Origin: Lama glama
Lineage: Eukaryota
Assembly: GCA_028534125.1 (NCBI GenBank)
Contig: CM052818.1
Span: forward strand, 38,316,001 to 38,380,000
DNA length: 64,000 bases
Reading direction: 5' to 3'
Part shown: in pieces, positions 12,651-26,924 of the stretch
How the letters are laid out: each line of letters starts with the position of its first letter
Position numbering within the stretch: the first letter of the stretch is position 1
The notes under the pieces: generated by a model
What the model was told of the DNA's origin: nothing
Seen by the model: only the letters and a program-made list of their open reading frames with translations
Databases searched by the model: none
Program-made: the position numbers and the translations under genes

Positions 12651-13430
12651 CTGAGAAGAAAGCAAGAGACTAATTTTCTGTGAACTGTCATGAGCAATAA
12701 AACGTTCATTAACTTCAATTGTAAACACTTTAAGTTCCAATCATAGTAATGAAAGGATAAATTGAAAAATCAAGAGTTAAGTACCCTTTTAAAATTTCAT
12801 ATCTTCTATCTTCACCTGGCCTCTTAAACCAGTCAGATTAAATACCACACAGAGTGCCTGCCCCCAGTTCCATCCATCATTATCTTACCCATATTTCAAG
12901 GCTCAGCTCAGGGATCTTTGATCCTACTCAGTTGCAAGGAATCTGCTCATTCATGGTACCTAAAATACTTTTCTGGTATCACTGAGAATGGTACTTGTTT
13001 TTATCATATGCTTTATTTGTCCCAAATAAACTGAGTTACTTGCCAATTGGTATCATATCTTTAGCATCCTTATTATTTCAGCCCCAGAAACAGTGTCTCC
13101 TGCCAGCAATTGCTCCAAAATGATTGCTGATGGATTGAATTGTTTAAATCTTTTTGAAAAGCTAGTAAAAATTCATTATGAGAGACTCAAAGATGCATTA
13201 ATTTGTTTAGCCTAAGTCTGCAACTGGATTATACATCATACTGAAGAATTCTAATGGTGCTTGCATCATTTTGCTGTGCAATCTCACACCAAACACTGCC
13301 CAATTAATTTACATATTTGCTAGCTGTGATGTGTACATACTGAAATGGAGTACCTGGGTTAAGAGACCCAATTCTAGACTCTAATTTAAATTCTTCTTTG
13401 TCTCTGCCTAGGAAATACTCTAGTGCTTAC

Positions 13431-13460
13431 ATTGTAGGCCCCAGGGAAAGACTGTATCTT
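13431..13460 (-). pseudogene. Micro-exon relic
   Basis: tcttttctttcctcag|30 nt|gtaagc; strong splice signals, symmetrical phase. Confidence 0.6.
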
Positions 13461-13728
13461 CTGAGGAAAGAAAAGACTTGAGACAAATGTTTAAAATCTA
13501 TGTTTCTAACCCAAAAGTAGGCATAAAATTCACCAGAAAATAAATTCATTTCAATCACTTTTCTATGGGAAAAGTCAAGTGGGAATGGACCCAGAAGCTG
13601 GGGTCTTAGCCTCTCCGCCAAATCAAACGGCACAAGTCATATTATTCCTGCTAACCATCTGTGGTTAAATAGTAACTGAAAACTGTCCGCAGGTTGTGAA
13701 GTCTTTATTTGTATAAATGATGACTCAC

Positions 13729-13871
13729 TTTTTTCTGTTCTGAAACTACTAAGATTAATTATCTACAGTGCTGAGCCTGAAAGATCCCCAACAAACCAGC
13801 TTATTTTTGTGCTGGTGTATCCAGTCCTATAGGAGTAGAGTCGTTACATGTTATCAAAATGATACTTCTGC
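13729..13871 (-). pseudogene. VIRMA-like exon relic with two stops
   Basis: ttttttccttctag|...AAA|gtgagt. M*RLYSYRTGYTSTKISW...SGSAL vs VIRMA MMFLAEHDYGLFHLKSSL...NSSAL (M, L, G, K, S in register). Confidence 0.7.
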
Positions 13872-13887
13872 CTAGAAGGAAAAAAAT

Positions 13888-14875
13888 GGAATGGTCTTCT
13901 GATGTGTCAACTTGGGTAGGCTGAACCACACTTCCCAGGACCCTTGGGATATTTTGGAAGGAGGACAGAAGGCAGACAGCAGTCATTTTGTAGGACACAC
14001 ATTGTTACTGATGTGCTGACTCACCTCTGTGCTGTGAAGCAGCATCTAGATCGGGTACATTATTGCACTTTGCTTCATTGTACTTCACAGATAGTGCTGC
14101 ATTTTTTACAAATTGAAGGTTTTTGGCAACCCTGCAACAGCATTTGCTCACTTCACGTCTCTGTGTTATGTTTTGATAATTCTCACAGTATTTTGAACAT
14201 TTTCATCATTATTATATTTGTTAGGGTGACCTGTGATCAGTGATCTTTGATAGTACTACTGCAAAAAGACTATGACTCACTGAAGGCTCAAAAGANNNNN
14301 NNNNNNNNNNNNNNNNNNNNNNNNNNNNNNNNNNNNNNNNNNNNNNNNNNNNNNNNNNNNNNNNNNNNNNNNNNNNNNNNNNNNNNNNNNNNNNNNNNNN
14401 NNNNNNNNNNNNNNNNNNNNNNNNNNNNNNNNNNNNNNNNNNNNNNNNNNNNTCATTTTGTGGTGGTCTGGTACAAAACATAAAATATCTCCAAGGTATG
14501 CCTGTAGGTGTCAGCACAAAGGGTTAGGTTGCTAACAAAGGGTTTTAGCTTCTGCAGGGTACTCTAATCACAAAAGGCAGAGGCAACAAAAGGCCACAAT
14601 AGTGGGGGGTCTATGTAATTCATGCTTCTAAGAGTCAAACTCGTGCTTACGGGATTCCAGCCTGCTTGGGATCTTCTTCCCTTCCTGTCTGCCCTGTGGA
14701 CTTCAAGATCCAACATTACATGTGGGGACAGCTCTAAAGGCACTGCTTAACCAGCCCCCACAACTGTAAAGCCAATTCCCTGTAGTAAATCCATAGATTT
14801 ATGACGGATTGATGATTAGATAGATTTCCTGCTGTTTCTACTGATTCTGCGTCTTTTGTTGAACTTTGGTTAACA
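13888..14875 (+). mobile_element. ERVL-class solo LTR interrupted by a Tigger element
   Basis: atgtgtcaacttgggtaggctgaac start; ccagcccccacaactg..gccaattccctgta..aaatcc end. Confidence 0.7.
14055..14507 (+). mobile_element. Tigger1-derived DNA transposon (contains N gap)
   Basis: ttttttacaaattgaaggtt..tggcaaccctgc; gactcactgaaggctca; ends aggtatgcctg-ta. Confidence 0.8.
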
Positions 14876-16207
14876 GAGAAGCTCTCTTCAGAATCTCATG
14901 CTCATGATGACCACATGAAGCTGTATTTGTGCGTACATGGTACACAGTGCATGGCTCTTTTTATATAACACACAAATGAGACTATAATAAGAGAGAAAAA
15001 AACAATTTAAATTCTACCTTCCTGGTAGAGATCTAAATTCTACTTTCATAGTGGGCTTTGCAGTCAGTTCTGGATTCAAGTACCAGTTCTATAATTACTT
15101 TAATCTGTGTAACCTTTGAATCAATGCCACTTAATTTTTAATGCTCAGTTTTCTCCTCAGTAAACTACAAGTAATAATTTCTTGCCTTATACAGCTAATA
15201 TGAAGTATCAGTGCCACAATGCATAGAAAGTTCCAAGCCCATGCCAAGAATCCAGAAGGAGCTCCCTTGACCTTCCTTTCCCATCTTTCAAGTCCCATCT
15301 ACTGTTCCATTTACAGCCTAAAGTCATCCCTAACAAATCCATTCTCCAATGGCCTCCCTCCTTCTTTCCTTCTATTCTGCCGTATCACCAACATTAACAC
15401 CTTTATGTTGTACATTCTATGCACTCCATCAGCTAGATTTTATGTTTTCAGATCAAGAAGCGTTATGCTTGCATGTTAATAAAAGAGACTTGCATTTGCT
15501 TAGTACTTTACCATTCACCATGCACTACAACATACATTCCCTCAGTGGATCCCCAGTGAGCACAGTTAACACTTGTAGATACAATACAGTGGCCATAATC
15601 TATCATCAAGCTATACTTTAAAGTGCATTAATCTTATTCCATCCCTTGTAGTCAGGAGTAATTTGAACAGCCATGAACAAAGTAATGCTTTACTAACAGA
15701 TGGGCTGGTTATTAACTAATAAATGCAGGTGATTCAGTCAATACTAACTTGGCCCACAGAAGTTAGTATTTATCCAGATTTTAGAAGAGTATTATAACAC
15801 ATAATAAAAGGGTGCATTAGAGAACGCTGGTGGGAGGATACCTGCTAAGCTGCTGTGTGATCTGCATTTGTTATAGGAAGAATTCTGGGGAGCTGCAGAG
15901 AGGAGCATTGTCTTCCACTTTCTATGTTATCAAGTCCATTCACTGATCCAGTATCTGTTACCAACTACTGAAACCAGCATAGACTTTTTAATAAAGGCAA
16001 TATTGTCCTTCCAAAGCAGAGATACTGACTTTTCTGGGGAATAGGCCCCTTTAAAATGTCAAAAATGTAAACACTTCCCCTTGAATTTTAATATTTGACC
16101 ATTTGTGCATTCTATTTAAAAGATCCTATGAATTGCACAATTATTTTAAAATAATTTGGATTTTAGTCATCTCAAATTTATCAACATTTATTTCAAAAAT
16201 CATAGTG

Positions 16208-16376
16208 CAGTCAGCTCTCCCTATCCGTGGGCTCTGCATTCACAGATCCAACCAACTGTGGACAGGGAGAGTTGACTACACTGTCAATATTACACAAGGG
16301 ACTTGAGCATCTGCAGATTTTGGTATCTGTGAGGGTCCTGGAGCCAATGCCCTGCAGATACTGAGGGATGACTATA
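16208..16376. mobile_element. MER2-like Tigger MITE
   Basis: cagtc..ctc..tatcc start; gacttgagcatc.gc.gattttggtatc; inverted end gatactgagggatgact. Confidence 0.8.
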
Positions 16377-18629
16377 TGTGGATGTAAAACAAATTTTTTT
16401 CCATCTATTGAAAATGCCAGAAGGGCATATGGACTTACAGACTTTTACTAAATTTTCCATGTCCTTCTGGGGCCCTCAACACAGTCATCGGAAACCAGAG
16501 CTCCAAAGCAAATTACCCTGACCTGAGGTTACTAAAAGGGAATGATTGGAAATACATTTTTTAAGCCACTTGGAAGTGTTTACATCAAAGGCCATTCAAA
16601 ATGGATTAACCCTGGATTTGAAAGAATTGTTTGTTGGGGATCAAGTATTGGTTTTAAGACTGAAACAGAGTAGGAAGAGATGGGCAATTCTCTCTGCATG
16701 TAGGTATGAAGAGTAACACAGCCAAGAGATCTGTACTAAATGCAAATCTTATTTAGCATGACAGGAATAGTAATAAAGGAAGAAATTCAGTAATATCCTC
16801 ATGTTTCAATTGACTATAACTGTTTTGGTGTTAAAGTTAAATTTATAGAAAATATTTGGAGGTTTCAGGCGTAGACAAAGTGTCGACAGGTAAATTCAGT
16901 GTGAAAAATAGTGCATAATGCAGTTGGAGAAATTATCCAAATTTGTCTTAAAGAGTGATGAACTCTGAAACATCAGCTATGTCATGTCTCATAACAAGAA
17001 CCAAGGACCTTCCAAAGAGCATTTCCGAAAATCCATTAGCCTTACAGGCAGCTCTAGGAAAAACGGTTGATTAAATATTGGACATTGTTATAAAAGGGCC
17101 TGGATTCAAAACAGAAAGTAGACAACTGCCCAGTCTGACGTGTCCGAGGTATTCACACCTGGATCCTGTTGGTGTTTGCTATCACCACATTCAAAAAACA
17201 AATTCTAAAATTAGATGAAGTCAGAGAAAGGAGCCTAAAAGTTTCAAAGTTTCAACTAGCCAAAAAAAACACAAAACATGCTAGACCTTCTCTCACTGGT
17301 ATAATATATTCATTCACATGACTTCATTATCATATCAGTATTAATATGTGTGAAATAAAGTTCCAGATAAGGATGTGTTTATCAAACAGTGGCTGAAGTC
17401 TTCGAAGAAATGATTTGCATTTGGGCATTTCTATTTAATATACAAGATTGGTTTTTATCCTCCTGAGGAAGACCAGACTTTTCACCAAACCTCAAATAAG
17501 GAAGGCAGGTCTCAATTCTCTCCCACAGAAAGAACTGCATTGGGAAGATTATTTATAATTCCCCTGAGTCTTAACTTTTTCTTTGACAAACACCCTTCAT
17601 CACAGGCCATTGTTCGTATGGGAAGTACATTGTGTCTCATGGCAGACAGAGAACAAGGCCTATTCAGATATGGAAAACAATGTATATTCAAATTCCCATT
17701 GAATATAATCAAGAAGACTTGTTTCATGTTACAGAGTGATGATTCTGAACCAACTCTAAGATCTCTGGAGCATCTTCTTAGGCCTACTCATGACGTGTGG
17801 TCTTGGGAAAGCTCATTAGATTACCTAACTCGACCTCTCAACTTTCTCAGTGAGTACCAAAGTGCAACTCAATATTACTTCACTTTAAAGGCTGCTGTTC
17901 TCTGGCCCAACCTACTCACTGGGACTGTAACATTGTGTGCTAGTGACAAGGCTAGCTGTGCAAATCTCACCCTACGGCAAAAAATACATTAGTAGATAAA
18001 GAAGTTGGGAGCTGATGTAATTCAGCCCCAATTCACGTATTTAGAACTATGTCAGGGATTAGAAAGCTTAGAAAGGAAGTAGGGTGCAGGAAGGTAAACA
18101 TAAGACACATAACACATGAACTTCATGTCTCTACACCTGTGAACACATAGGTCCTCTAGCTATAAAGTCCTCTTCCCAGATTTCTGGAAGTCCTGAGAGT
18201 TATCCAGGGCTCTAAAAGTCTTCTTATTGAATTCTCTAAGCATTTCATCATCATCAACTGTTAGTCACTTGAATACAAAGTTCAGGGCAGAGCCCCGGGG
18301 TGAAGGGTCATGCTATCTAAGCCTTGCGCAAAGAAGGAGTGACTATAAGCAGAGCTCAGGGAGGCCTGGTGGCAGAAGTTCAAGAGGGTTACTGCAGACA
18401 GTTTGAAGTGTCTGCCTGAGACCTGTGTTTTCTTTGGATAGACCTACCAGGAGAAAATAAAAGGATGGCTAACACATTCAACAAGAACATTTGCCCCAGG
18501 AAGTGATTTCATGATAATAAAGTCTTGAGGGGAAAAAGAAGTCAGTAAAGTATGGTGAGAAATAGCAGGGGATGGGCAAAAGGTACAGGATTCCCAGTTC
18601 TGCATTGGTAGTAGTGAAAAGAAGTAGGA

Positions 18630-19130
18630 ATGTGTATTTTCCAGGTTCTCATTCAACAATAATTAACACAAATTAAGTAATTAGAGAAGAGATTGATAAA
18701 GGAACCATCTACAGGCAGAGTGTAGGGGAAATACACAGGATGGTGCAGTGTATCAGACTAATGAGAACGAGTTTTCCCAGGCCTGAAGCCGCAGTCCTGG
18801 TCCTAAAGCAGCAAGGGGAGGGAGCAAGAGAGGCTGCAGAAAGAGAGGCTATGTGGAAAGAACTGTCAGACACAAGCTGTCACCTTCCTTCCCAAGACCA
18901 ACCAATCTAAAATGATGCTACAGGACAGAAGGGGAGTAACACCCACACCACACACTCTCCATCCCTGCAGAACTCCTTGTAAGGTCCCCAGGGACTGAAC
19001 ACAACCCAAAGCCATAGGGCACTGGAGTTAGTGGAGAGAGTACATACAAGCTAGCCTCCAGGAGCACAGAGCAGGAATGAGAAGAGTACACAATACATCT
19101 CAACGGTTAAATGAAAACTATTCAGCCTAG
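18630..19130. mobile_element. Old MaLR (MLT1) LTR
   Basis: gactgaacacaacccaaagccatagggcactggag...cctccaggagcacagagcagg motif. Confidence 0.55.
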
Positions 19131-20234
19131 AGATCAGGGAAGGACCAATTGTAAAAAATCCTCAGATAATAATAATCATCTATGGTGATACCATAGGGTA
19201 ATGATAATACCTTGAGACTTATGCTAAAACACTGTACATACATTAGCTCATTTAAGCAAAACATTTTTTTTTAGCTCAGCTGGCTGAGTCACCATGTTTT
19301 CTCTAGCTGACTGATTCCTTCCCTAAAGTGCCTCAGAGCCCTCAATGCATGGGACCACAGATTTATCAGATAGAGGAACTGCAGCTATAAACTAGAGGTG
19401 AGCATCACACATCCAGAAATGCCTGCAGGAAATCAGTCTGCAGCAACCATAGTCCAAAGCATCAGTTCTAATGCAGAGAGACAGCTCTATGAGGGAGCAG
19501 TGGTTTAAAACCTCAAAACATCTGCTGCCACTGTGGAGAACGTATTTGCTCAGTTTAGCATAAGAAAGCTATTCTAAACTAGTCTGTTATCACACTCACT
19601 ACTTTAAGCAGTGTATTCTGGATGCAAAGGCCCAGGAAGCAGTGACAGGTTCACTGGCCATGCTGTGTAACTTGAGTCCTATATAGGACACAACAGCAGT
19701 TGGGTAGGCACCAAATACACTGCTCTGTCGGAAAGTTAATTTCAGACTGGACTGTAGGTCTCCAGCAATGGAACCCTGATAGTTTCTAATGATGGCTGAG
19801 CTAAAACCCCAGACTCCTTTCAGATTCTTGCACAGTGCCTAGGAAACCCCGAGGAAGGCAAGGATGACTACTGAGGCTGGCCTCCAGAGCGTAATTAGAG
19901 ATTCTTTTTGACAAAGCAACAGATTCCACTTTTTACGTAATTTGAAAAAGAGGATCTTGTAGTGATTTATGAGAAATTGGCAGGAAATCAAAAAAATGGG
20001 CCACATGAACTCAAAATGGCCTTTTTATTCCCTTGTTTCACGAACACTTTTGGGGCCCCTACAATGGGCCAGGAATGGAACCGGTTATCATGAACAGAGA
20101 TAAAAATCATACACCTTATCCACAGTCTTACCAGTAAGAACAACTCTGTGAGATGCAGTTTACATTCTCCACAAAAGCCCTGGGCCATATTTGGGCTTAT
20201 GTTCACAATTTTAATGGCCTGCATACTCACTTAC

Positions 20235-20304
20235 CTACAGAATATCACAATTTTCTTTCCAAATGAGAAAGATCATAATTGTTCTCCAAAGCAAACAGTC
20301 AATT
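20235..20304 (-). pseudogene. VIRMA-like exon relic with stop
   Basis: tataatttcag|...TAG|gtaagt; phase 1->2; LTVCFGEQL*SFSFGKKIVIFC; in phase with both neighbours. Confidence 0.6.
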
Positions 20305-20385
20305 CTGAAATTATACTTGTTTGACAATTTAGATGGATTTTTTTCATTGCCTTATGCTTTCGGTTTCCGTGAAAAACTTTCTTAC

Positions 20386-20549
20386 TCAATCTCCAGAGAC
20401 TCCAAGCTTTCACCATACTGCCCCCCAAATTATTAACATTTTTATCTTGCTTTAATTAACTCTTGCTCCAATGGGATAAAACTGACAGGATCTGAGTTTG
20501 CAAACTAGACGCTGAAAATCTGGCATACTTGATTAGCAGCTCAAAACAA
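20386..20549 (-). pseudogene. VIRMA-like exon relic
   Basis: ccctggtctccacag|...TGA|gtaaga. Across frames CFELL / FQRLVC / NSDPVSFIP vs VIRMA CVEYVTSILQSLCDQDIALILP. Confidence 0.55.
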
Positions 20550-20799
20550 CTGTGGAGACCAGGGCAAATTTCCAGGCAAATACAACCACAGTGGGAGATG
20601 TATAAAAACTCTGTCAGTTCTCTCACCATCTCCCCACGGTGCAAGCCCCCCTAAGCCCTTTCCTTCACCTCTACATATTTGAAGGGAGCCAAGTCCCCAA
20701 AATCTGAAATCATGAGACTTTCCCCTGACAGGGAAGATCACGAAGATGTCATCTATCATTCAGAAGCTAAAGAGGTTAACATGGTTCTTCAAACACTGT

Positions 20800-23700
20800 G
20801 AAGTATTAGAAGAACTGACACTCTACCTTCCATTTAGCTTCCAGGACAGCGTATACTTTTGTCCCTTACTTGGCTGGTTTTTCTCTTTCTGTCTCCTCTG
20901 CTGGTTCCTCCAATTCTCCCTGGAGTCTGAATTCATAATGCTTGTGTGTCCTAGGCTTTATTCATTGGCTTTCTCATCTTCTCTCCATATATTATAACTC
21001 CCTTATGATTTCATTATAGTTTCATGACTTTAAATAGCATCTTTATTTCAATGACTCCCAAATTTATATATTCAGCATAGACATTTCTCCTGAACTTCAG
21101 ACTCATAAATCAAACTTTCTACTCAATAAGTACACTTGAACTTCAAATAGACATCTCGCATTCCACATGTGGAAGACTGCTCTCCACCTCTTCACTCTCC
21201 TGTCAGTGCTCCACCTGGTGGTCTTTGCCATCTCTGTTGACTCTTCTGGTTGCTCAGACTTAAGAACATTGGAGTCATCATGGACATCTCTCTCTCTCCA
21301 TTTGAATTGTACATTTAGCTTTGGCTGTAAAATAGGTATGGAATCTGACCACTTCTTACTAACTTGACCACTACCAAGCAGCTCAAGCCATTACCATCTC
21401 TTGCCTAGATTTTGAGTTACCTCCTAACTGGTCCACCTCCTTCGCCACCTTGCTCCTCTGCTATGTATTCGTCAAACATTAACCAAAGTGATTATTTTGA
21501 AAAGTAACTTGAATCATGTCTTTCCTTTGTTTAAAACCCCTTAGTGGATCTCCACTTTAGTCAGCCAAGGCCCTTATGATGGCTTCCAATGCCCTGTTCA
21601 GTTTGGCACCTCGTTCATCATTTCTCTGACCTTCCTCTCTTAGCTGTGTCATTCACGCACTCCCTCCTAGCTGTACTCCTGCTTCAGGTTCTGTGCACTA
21701 ACTGTTTCCTCTACCTGGAACACTTCCCCACATATAGCTGCCTATGTGGCTCCTTAATTTCTCTTAAAATTTTTCCTCAAATGCCACTTCTTTATTGAGA
21801 CCTATCCTATTTAATTTAAAATTGCATTTTCCTGCATGCCCCCAGAGATCAGAAATAAAACAAGGATGTGCAATATCACTACATCTATTCAAAATTGTAC
21901 TGCACATCCTAGCAATATGATAAGAAAACAAAATAAAAGGCATTCATATTGGAAAAGAAAAAGCAAAATTATCTCTACTTCCAGGTGACATGAGATCTTT
22001 TATATAGAAAATCCTAAGTAGTTCTCAAAAAATAAAAAATATTTTAGAGCTAAAAAATGCATTCAATTTTATTTCTATACACTAATGATGATCCAAAAAT
22101 GAAATTAAGAAAACAATTCTAATTATAATAGCATGAAAAAGAATAAAATACTTAGTACTAAATTTGAGTATAAAAGAAATACAAGATATACACTGAAAAC
22201 TACACAATGTCATTGAAAAAAAATTAAAAGAGACCTAAATAAATGTAAAAATACCTCATGTTCATAGACTGGAAAACTTAATATTGCTAAGGATGTCAAT
22301 ATTCCCCAAACTGATGTACAGAATCAACCTAATCTCTATCAAAATCCAACGTGCCTGTTTTGCAGATATTGACAAGCTGACTCTAAACTTCATACGGAGA
22401 TGCAAGGAAACCAGAATGGTCAAAATAATCTAGAAAAGAAGAACATGTCCCAATTTCAAAATTTACTACCAAGCTACATGATTAAAACACTGCAATATGT
22501 TACAAGAATAGACATATAGTTCAATGAAATGAAACTGAAAGTCCAGAAATAAACCCACACACCTAATGCCAACAGATTTGCAGCAAGAGTGCCAAGACAA
22601 CTAAATGGGGAAGGAACAGTCCTTCAGCAAATTATACTGGGAAAANNNNNNNNNNNNNNNNNNNNNNNNNNNNNNNNNNNNNNNNNNNNNNNNNNNNNNN
22701 NNNNNNNNNNNNNNNNNNNNNNNNNNNNNNNNNNNNNNNNNNNNNNNNNNNNNNNNNNNNNNNNNNNNNNNNNNCTAGATATGACACAAAAGCACAAACA
22801 ACAAAAGAAAAAAATAGATAAATTGAGCTTAATAAAATTAAAGAGTTTTGTGTTTCAAAAGACACTATCAAGAAAATGAAACTACAATCCACAGAATGGG
22901 AAAAAATATTTCTGAGCCATATTATATCTGACAAGAATATATATAGAACATGCACATAAAATACATGAAGAACTCTTACAACTCAACAGTAAAAATATAA
23001 ACAGTAAAAGACAACTGTATTTTTTTAAAATGGGCAAAAGGTTTGAAAAGACATATCTCTGAAGATATATAAATGATCAGCATGGAAAGATGCTCACCAT
23101 TATTAGTACTTAAGGAAACAGAAATCATAACTATAATAAGATACCACTAGAATGGCTATAATAAAAAAGACGGACAATAACAAGTGCTGATGAAAATGTG
23201 GAGAAACTAAAACCCTCATGTATTGCTGCTGGGAATGTANNNNNNNNNNNNNNNNNNNNNNNNNNNNNNNNNNNNNNNNNNNNNNNNNNNNNNNNNNNNN
23301 NNNNNNNNNNNNNNNNNNNNNNNNNNNNNNNNNNNNNNNNNNNNNNNNNNNNNNNNNNNNNNNNNNNNNNNNNNNNNNNNNNNNNNNNNNNNNNNNNNNN
23401 NNNNNNATAGTCAAAAGGTGAACATACTCCAAATGTCCATCAGCTACAAATGTAGTACTTCAATACAATGGATTACTATACAGCCGTAAAAAGCTACAAC
23501 ACGATGAATCTTAAAAAACATTATAGGTGAAAAAAAGCCAGACGCAACAGGCAACATATAGAATGATTCCATTAATAGGAAATACCCAGAACTGGCAAAT
23601 CCATAGGAACACAGAAGGTATATTAGTGGTTTCAAGGAGCCGGAGGAAAGAGAACAGAGGGAGGGGCGTAGTAGCCACTCATGGGTACAGAGGTTTTTGA

Positions 23701-24080
23701 GGAGATGGTGCAAGTGTTCTGGAATTAGAAAGTGGGGATGAATTATACACATTAAAAAGGTGAATTTTATTGGCATGTGAGTATCTCAATTAAAAAATTA
23801 TATGATAAAAATATAAAATGCATCTTAGTACATGGACCTTAACCTATTCCCTTAACCTGCCTATATTTGTTTTTCTACATCACTTACCACCTTCTAATAT
23901 GTTACATAAATTACTTATTAATTATATTAAAATGGTAGATTTCCCTACCACAGATACTAGAAAATAAGCTATATCGAGACAGAAATTTTTGTCTGTTTCC
24001 TTCACTGTTGTATATTCAGTACCTAGAACAGTGCCTGGCATATAAGAGATCTTCAGAAATATTTATTGAATGACTGAGTC
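20800..24080 (+). mobile_element. L2 LINE (20800-21830 and 23815-24080) split by an L1
   Basis: tgactcccaaatttatat..; 3' end cagtacctagaacagtgcctggcata...aaatatttattgaatgactga. Confidence 0.8.
21835..23815 (+). mobile_element. Old L1 (L1MA/MB-type) ORF2 3' half and 3' UTR
   Basis: Degenerate ORF2 motifs (acaaggatg..tcactac.tctattc; gggcaaaag..ttgaa) and L1MB-type tail. Confidence 0.85.
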
Positions 24081-24897
24081 AGCTGAACTTTGTTAAGGCC
24101 TTCAAAGATAAACTTGGACTAACTCAAAAGAAAAGTACAGTGATCATGTCCCTTCACAAAAACAAGTTGCAAAAAACCTCAGCAAAAGAAACCTTTAGTT
24201 GGGCTCTTAAAGAAAGAGTGGTTTGTGCTATTTTTTTTTTCCTGTCTTCTTGTTTAGGGAGAGTTCTAAGAAATTCAGGGTTCACTGTCTACTATTCCCT
24301 GGCTACACAAGTTTAACAGACAGGTAACTTAGTATTTAATCAGCTAATGTGGTCTGCCATATGCTGATTTCCAGGGATGCAGAAGTGACTTTCACAGTGT
24401 AATTCCAGTGGACATTCTGACTTAAAGCACTAGTCCAAACTGTTTTCTCAACTTTAGGTTACCCTCCACCTGTCTCTCTGCCTATCCTGTCTATTGTCCC
24501 ATACCTAGTCCCACTGCCACCTCTTCCAAGAAGCCTTCCCAGCTACTCTAGCCCACACTGATCTCCCTCTTATCTGATGACCAGGAGATGTCAATGTGAC
24601 TTACAGCACCTGACATTAGAGTGTGTGTGCTTGTACATGAGTGTGTGTGTAACACCATGGCTCTGTTATTTAAGAAAACCCCATAACCAACAGAGAGCTG
24701 GCATGTAGTAGTTCTCTAAATGAGGTGGATGGGTGAAAAGGCAGTTGAAGATGGTGATTTGTAAATTTTGTGTTCAGATAATGTAGGAAATCAGTCTTTT
24801 GACAGCAAAAGAAAAAAGAAAGAAAAGAAAAGAAAAGGAAGAATCTTCATGGTCTGCATAAAAGTGTGACTATTACAGGTGGCCCAATTCCCAGTTA

Positions 24898-25397
24898 CTT
24901 TGTTCCTGACACCAGAGACCTGTTTTTCAATCAAAATCGCAGCAGCTGTNNNNNNNNNNNNNNNNNNNNNNNNNNNNNNNNNNNNNNNNNNNNNNNNNNN
25001 NNNNNNNNNNNNNNNNNNNNNNNNNNNNNNNNNNNNNNNNNNNNNNNNNNNNNNNNNNNNNNNNNNNNNNNNNNNNNNNNNNNNNNNNNNNNNNNNNNNN
25101 NNNNNNNNNNNNNGGGAGAGATGCCACCGGTGGACCCTTCCTGGCTGCTCTCGTTACATCCTTGAATCTATTGGACATTTGCCTCCTTGCCGAGGAGTCA
25201 TTCAGCAGAGAACATTCATTAAGCAGACTACATTAATCCTGTTTTTCTAACCCTGGTTCATGTTTTTGTATTTGACAGTCAATGTTTTTGAGTAATCCCT
25301 CTGTCCACCATTGAGAATGGCGAGGCACAAGCAAAGAGAATTGGAGATTGAAGGGGTCACCTGTTGAGTTCAGTACAGACAGGCAATCTGGATAATT
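24898..25397 (-). pseudogene. Possible exon relics (25361-25397; 25167 running into the N gap)
   Basis: AG/GT-bounded, phase-compatible segments LSRLPVCTELNR|FKDVTRAARKGPPVASL...TAAAILIEKQ; homology not convincing by eye. Confidence 0.3.
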
Positions 25398-25913
25398 CTG
25401 CATAACAATTGAGCTGGCTTTCAGTTGCAAAATACTAGTAGTATAAGGGAGACTTCTTCATTCCACATCATTCCCACTAGTGTGGGCTGTTTCAGATCAT
25501 GAATACTGAGCAAAAAAACTAAAATTAATTTTGATTAAAATTTGCTGACATTCCTTAAGAAAACTGATGATAACCTGTAGTGTCAGAGATGGAGGTAATT
25601 GTTTTAAACAACCAATCTATTTATAATTCATTAGACTGTATCTTACTGATTTTCTTTTGTTCATGAAACATTACTGAAGACCTTTCATAGGTCCACTCCC
25701 CAGTTCTTCTTGTATATCTTGCTGTTTCAACTCAACATATTCCAAAGAGGACTGGCCAATTCCCTCCTTCCTTTGCCCCATATGCCCTGGCCTTCTATAT
25801 TTTTCCATTTTTATCAATAATCTTTTAGCTTAAAAGCCTTCATTTCCTTTGTCCATCATACCAGGTCAGTCTTTAAAGGCTAATCAAAGTCTGGACATTT
25901 TTCCTGTTCTGTG

Positions 25914-26373
25914 TGTATTAGTCCTGTGTGCATATATACACACACAAAGAGAAAGAATGAAAGAAAGGGAGAGGGAGAGGAAGAGGAAGATGGGGAAGAG
26001 AGAGACTGATATTGATTGATTTATTATAAGAACTGGCTCATGCAATTATGGAGACTGACAAGTGCAAATATCTGAAGAGGTGACAACCCAGTTTGAGTCT
26101 ACAGGCTGGAGGTGGCTGTGGAACCAGGAAGAGTAATGTCCTAGCCTGAAGCCAGAATTCTCTCNNNNNNNNNNNNNNNNNNNNNNNNNNNNNNNNNNNN
26201 NNNNNNNNNNNNNNNNNNNNNNNNNNNNNNNNNNNNNNNNNNNNNNNNNNNNNNNNNNNNNNNNNNNNNNNNNNNNNNNNNNNNNNNNNNNNNNNNNNNN
26301 NNNNNNNNNNNNNGTTTGGCCAAATATATGGGCAGCCCAGCCCAGTCAAGTTGATACATAAAATAACCATCAC
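25914..26373 (-). mobile_element. MLT2 (ERVL) solo LTR
   Basis: Ends gcccagtcaagttgatacataaaataaccatcaca, the reverse complement of the MLT2 5' end. Confidence 0.85.
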
Positions 26374-26924
26374 AGCATGACTCTAAGGACTGATCTTTCC
26401 ATCCCATTTTTTGGATGACTTCAGAAACTCTCCTACACTATTATAAGAACTCTGGCTATTTTCCCTGCCTCCAGCGTCCTTTCCTCTCTCTACTCTTCAG
26501 AGCACTTCTGGACTACACCCAGTCAATCCATTTAAGGAACCTGCGAATGATCCCATAGCCCGAGAGGTAAATCAATCACACTGACCTCAGATTTCCTGCT
26601 TCTGCTGGCCTCTGCTTCTTTCTTATTCTCAGTGTCCTCCCTGATTCCAGTCTACCTGTATTTTTCTTCCTCTCTTAAGTTTTATAATTTCCTGGAACTT
26701 CGCTGGGAGCAAGGCCTCCCTTGAATTCCAGTCTGACCAACCCGTGCATTTTATTTTCCAAGATAAAAGCAATTTACATATATTGCAATTACTATATGCA
26801 TTTCTACAGTTAGAGAATATTTGCCCATTTATAGTGTGTGTGTGTATATATATATATATTTATACATATTTCTCTGTATATAATCATACTCATATAGGGA
26901 GATAGGTAAATAGAAAGAACAGAA

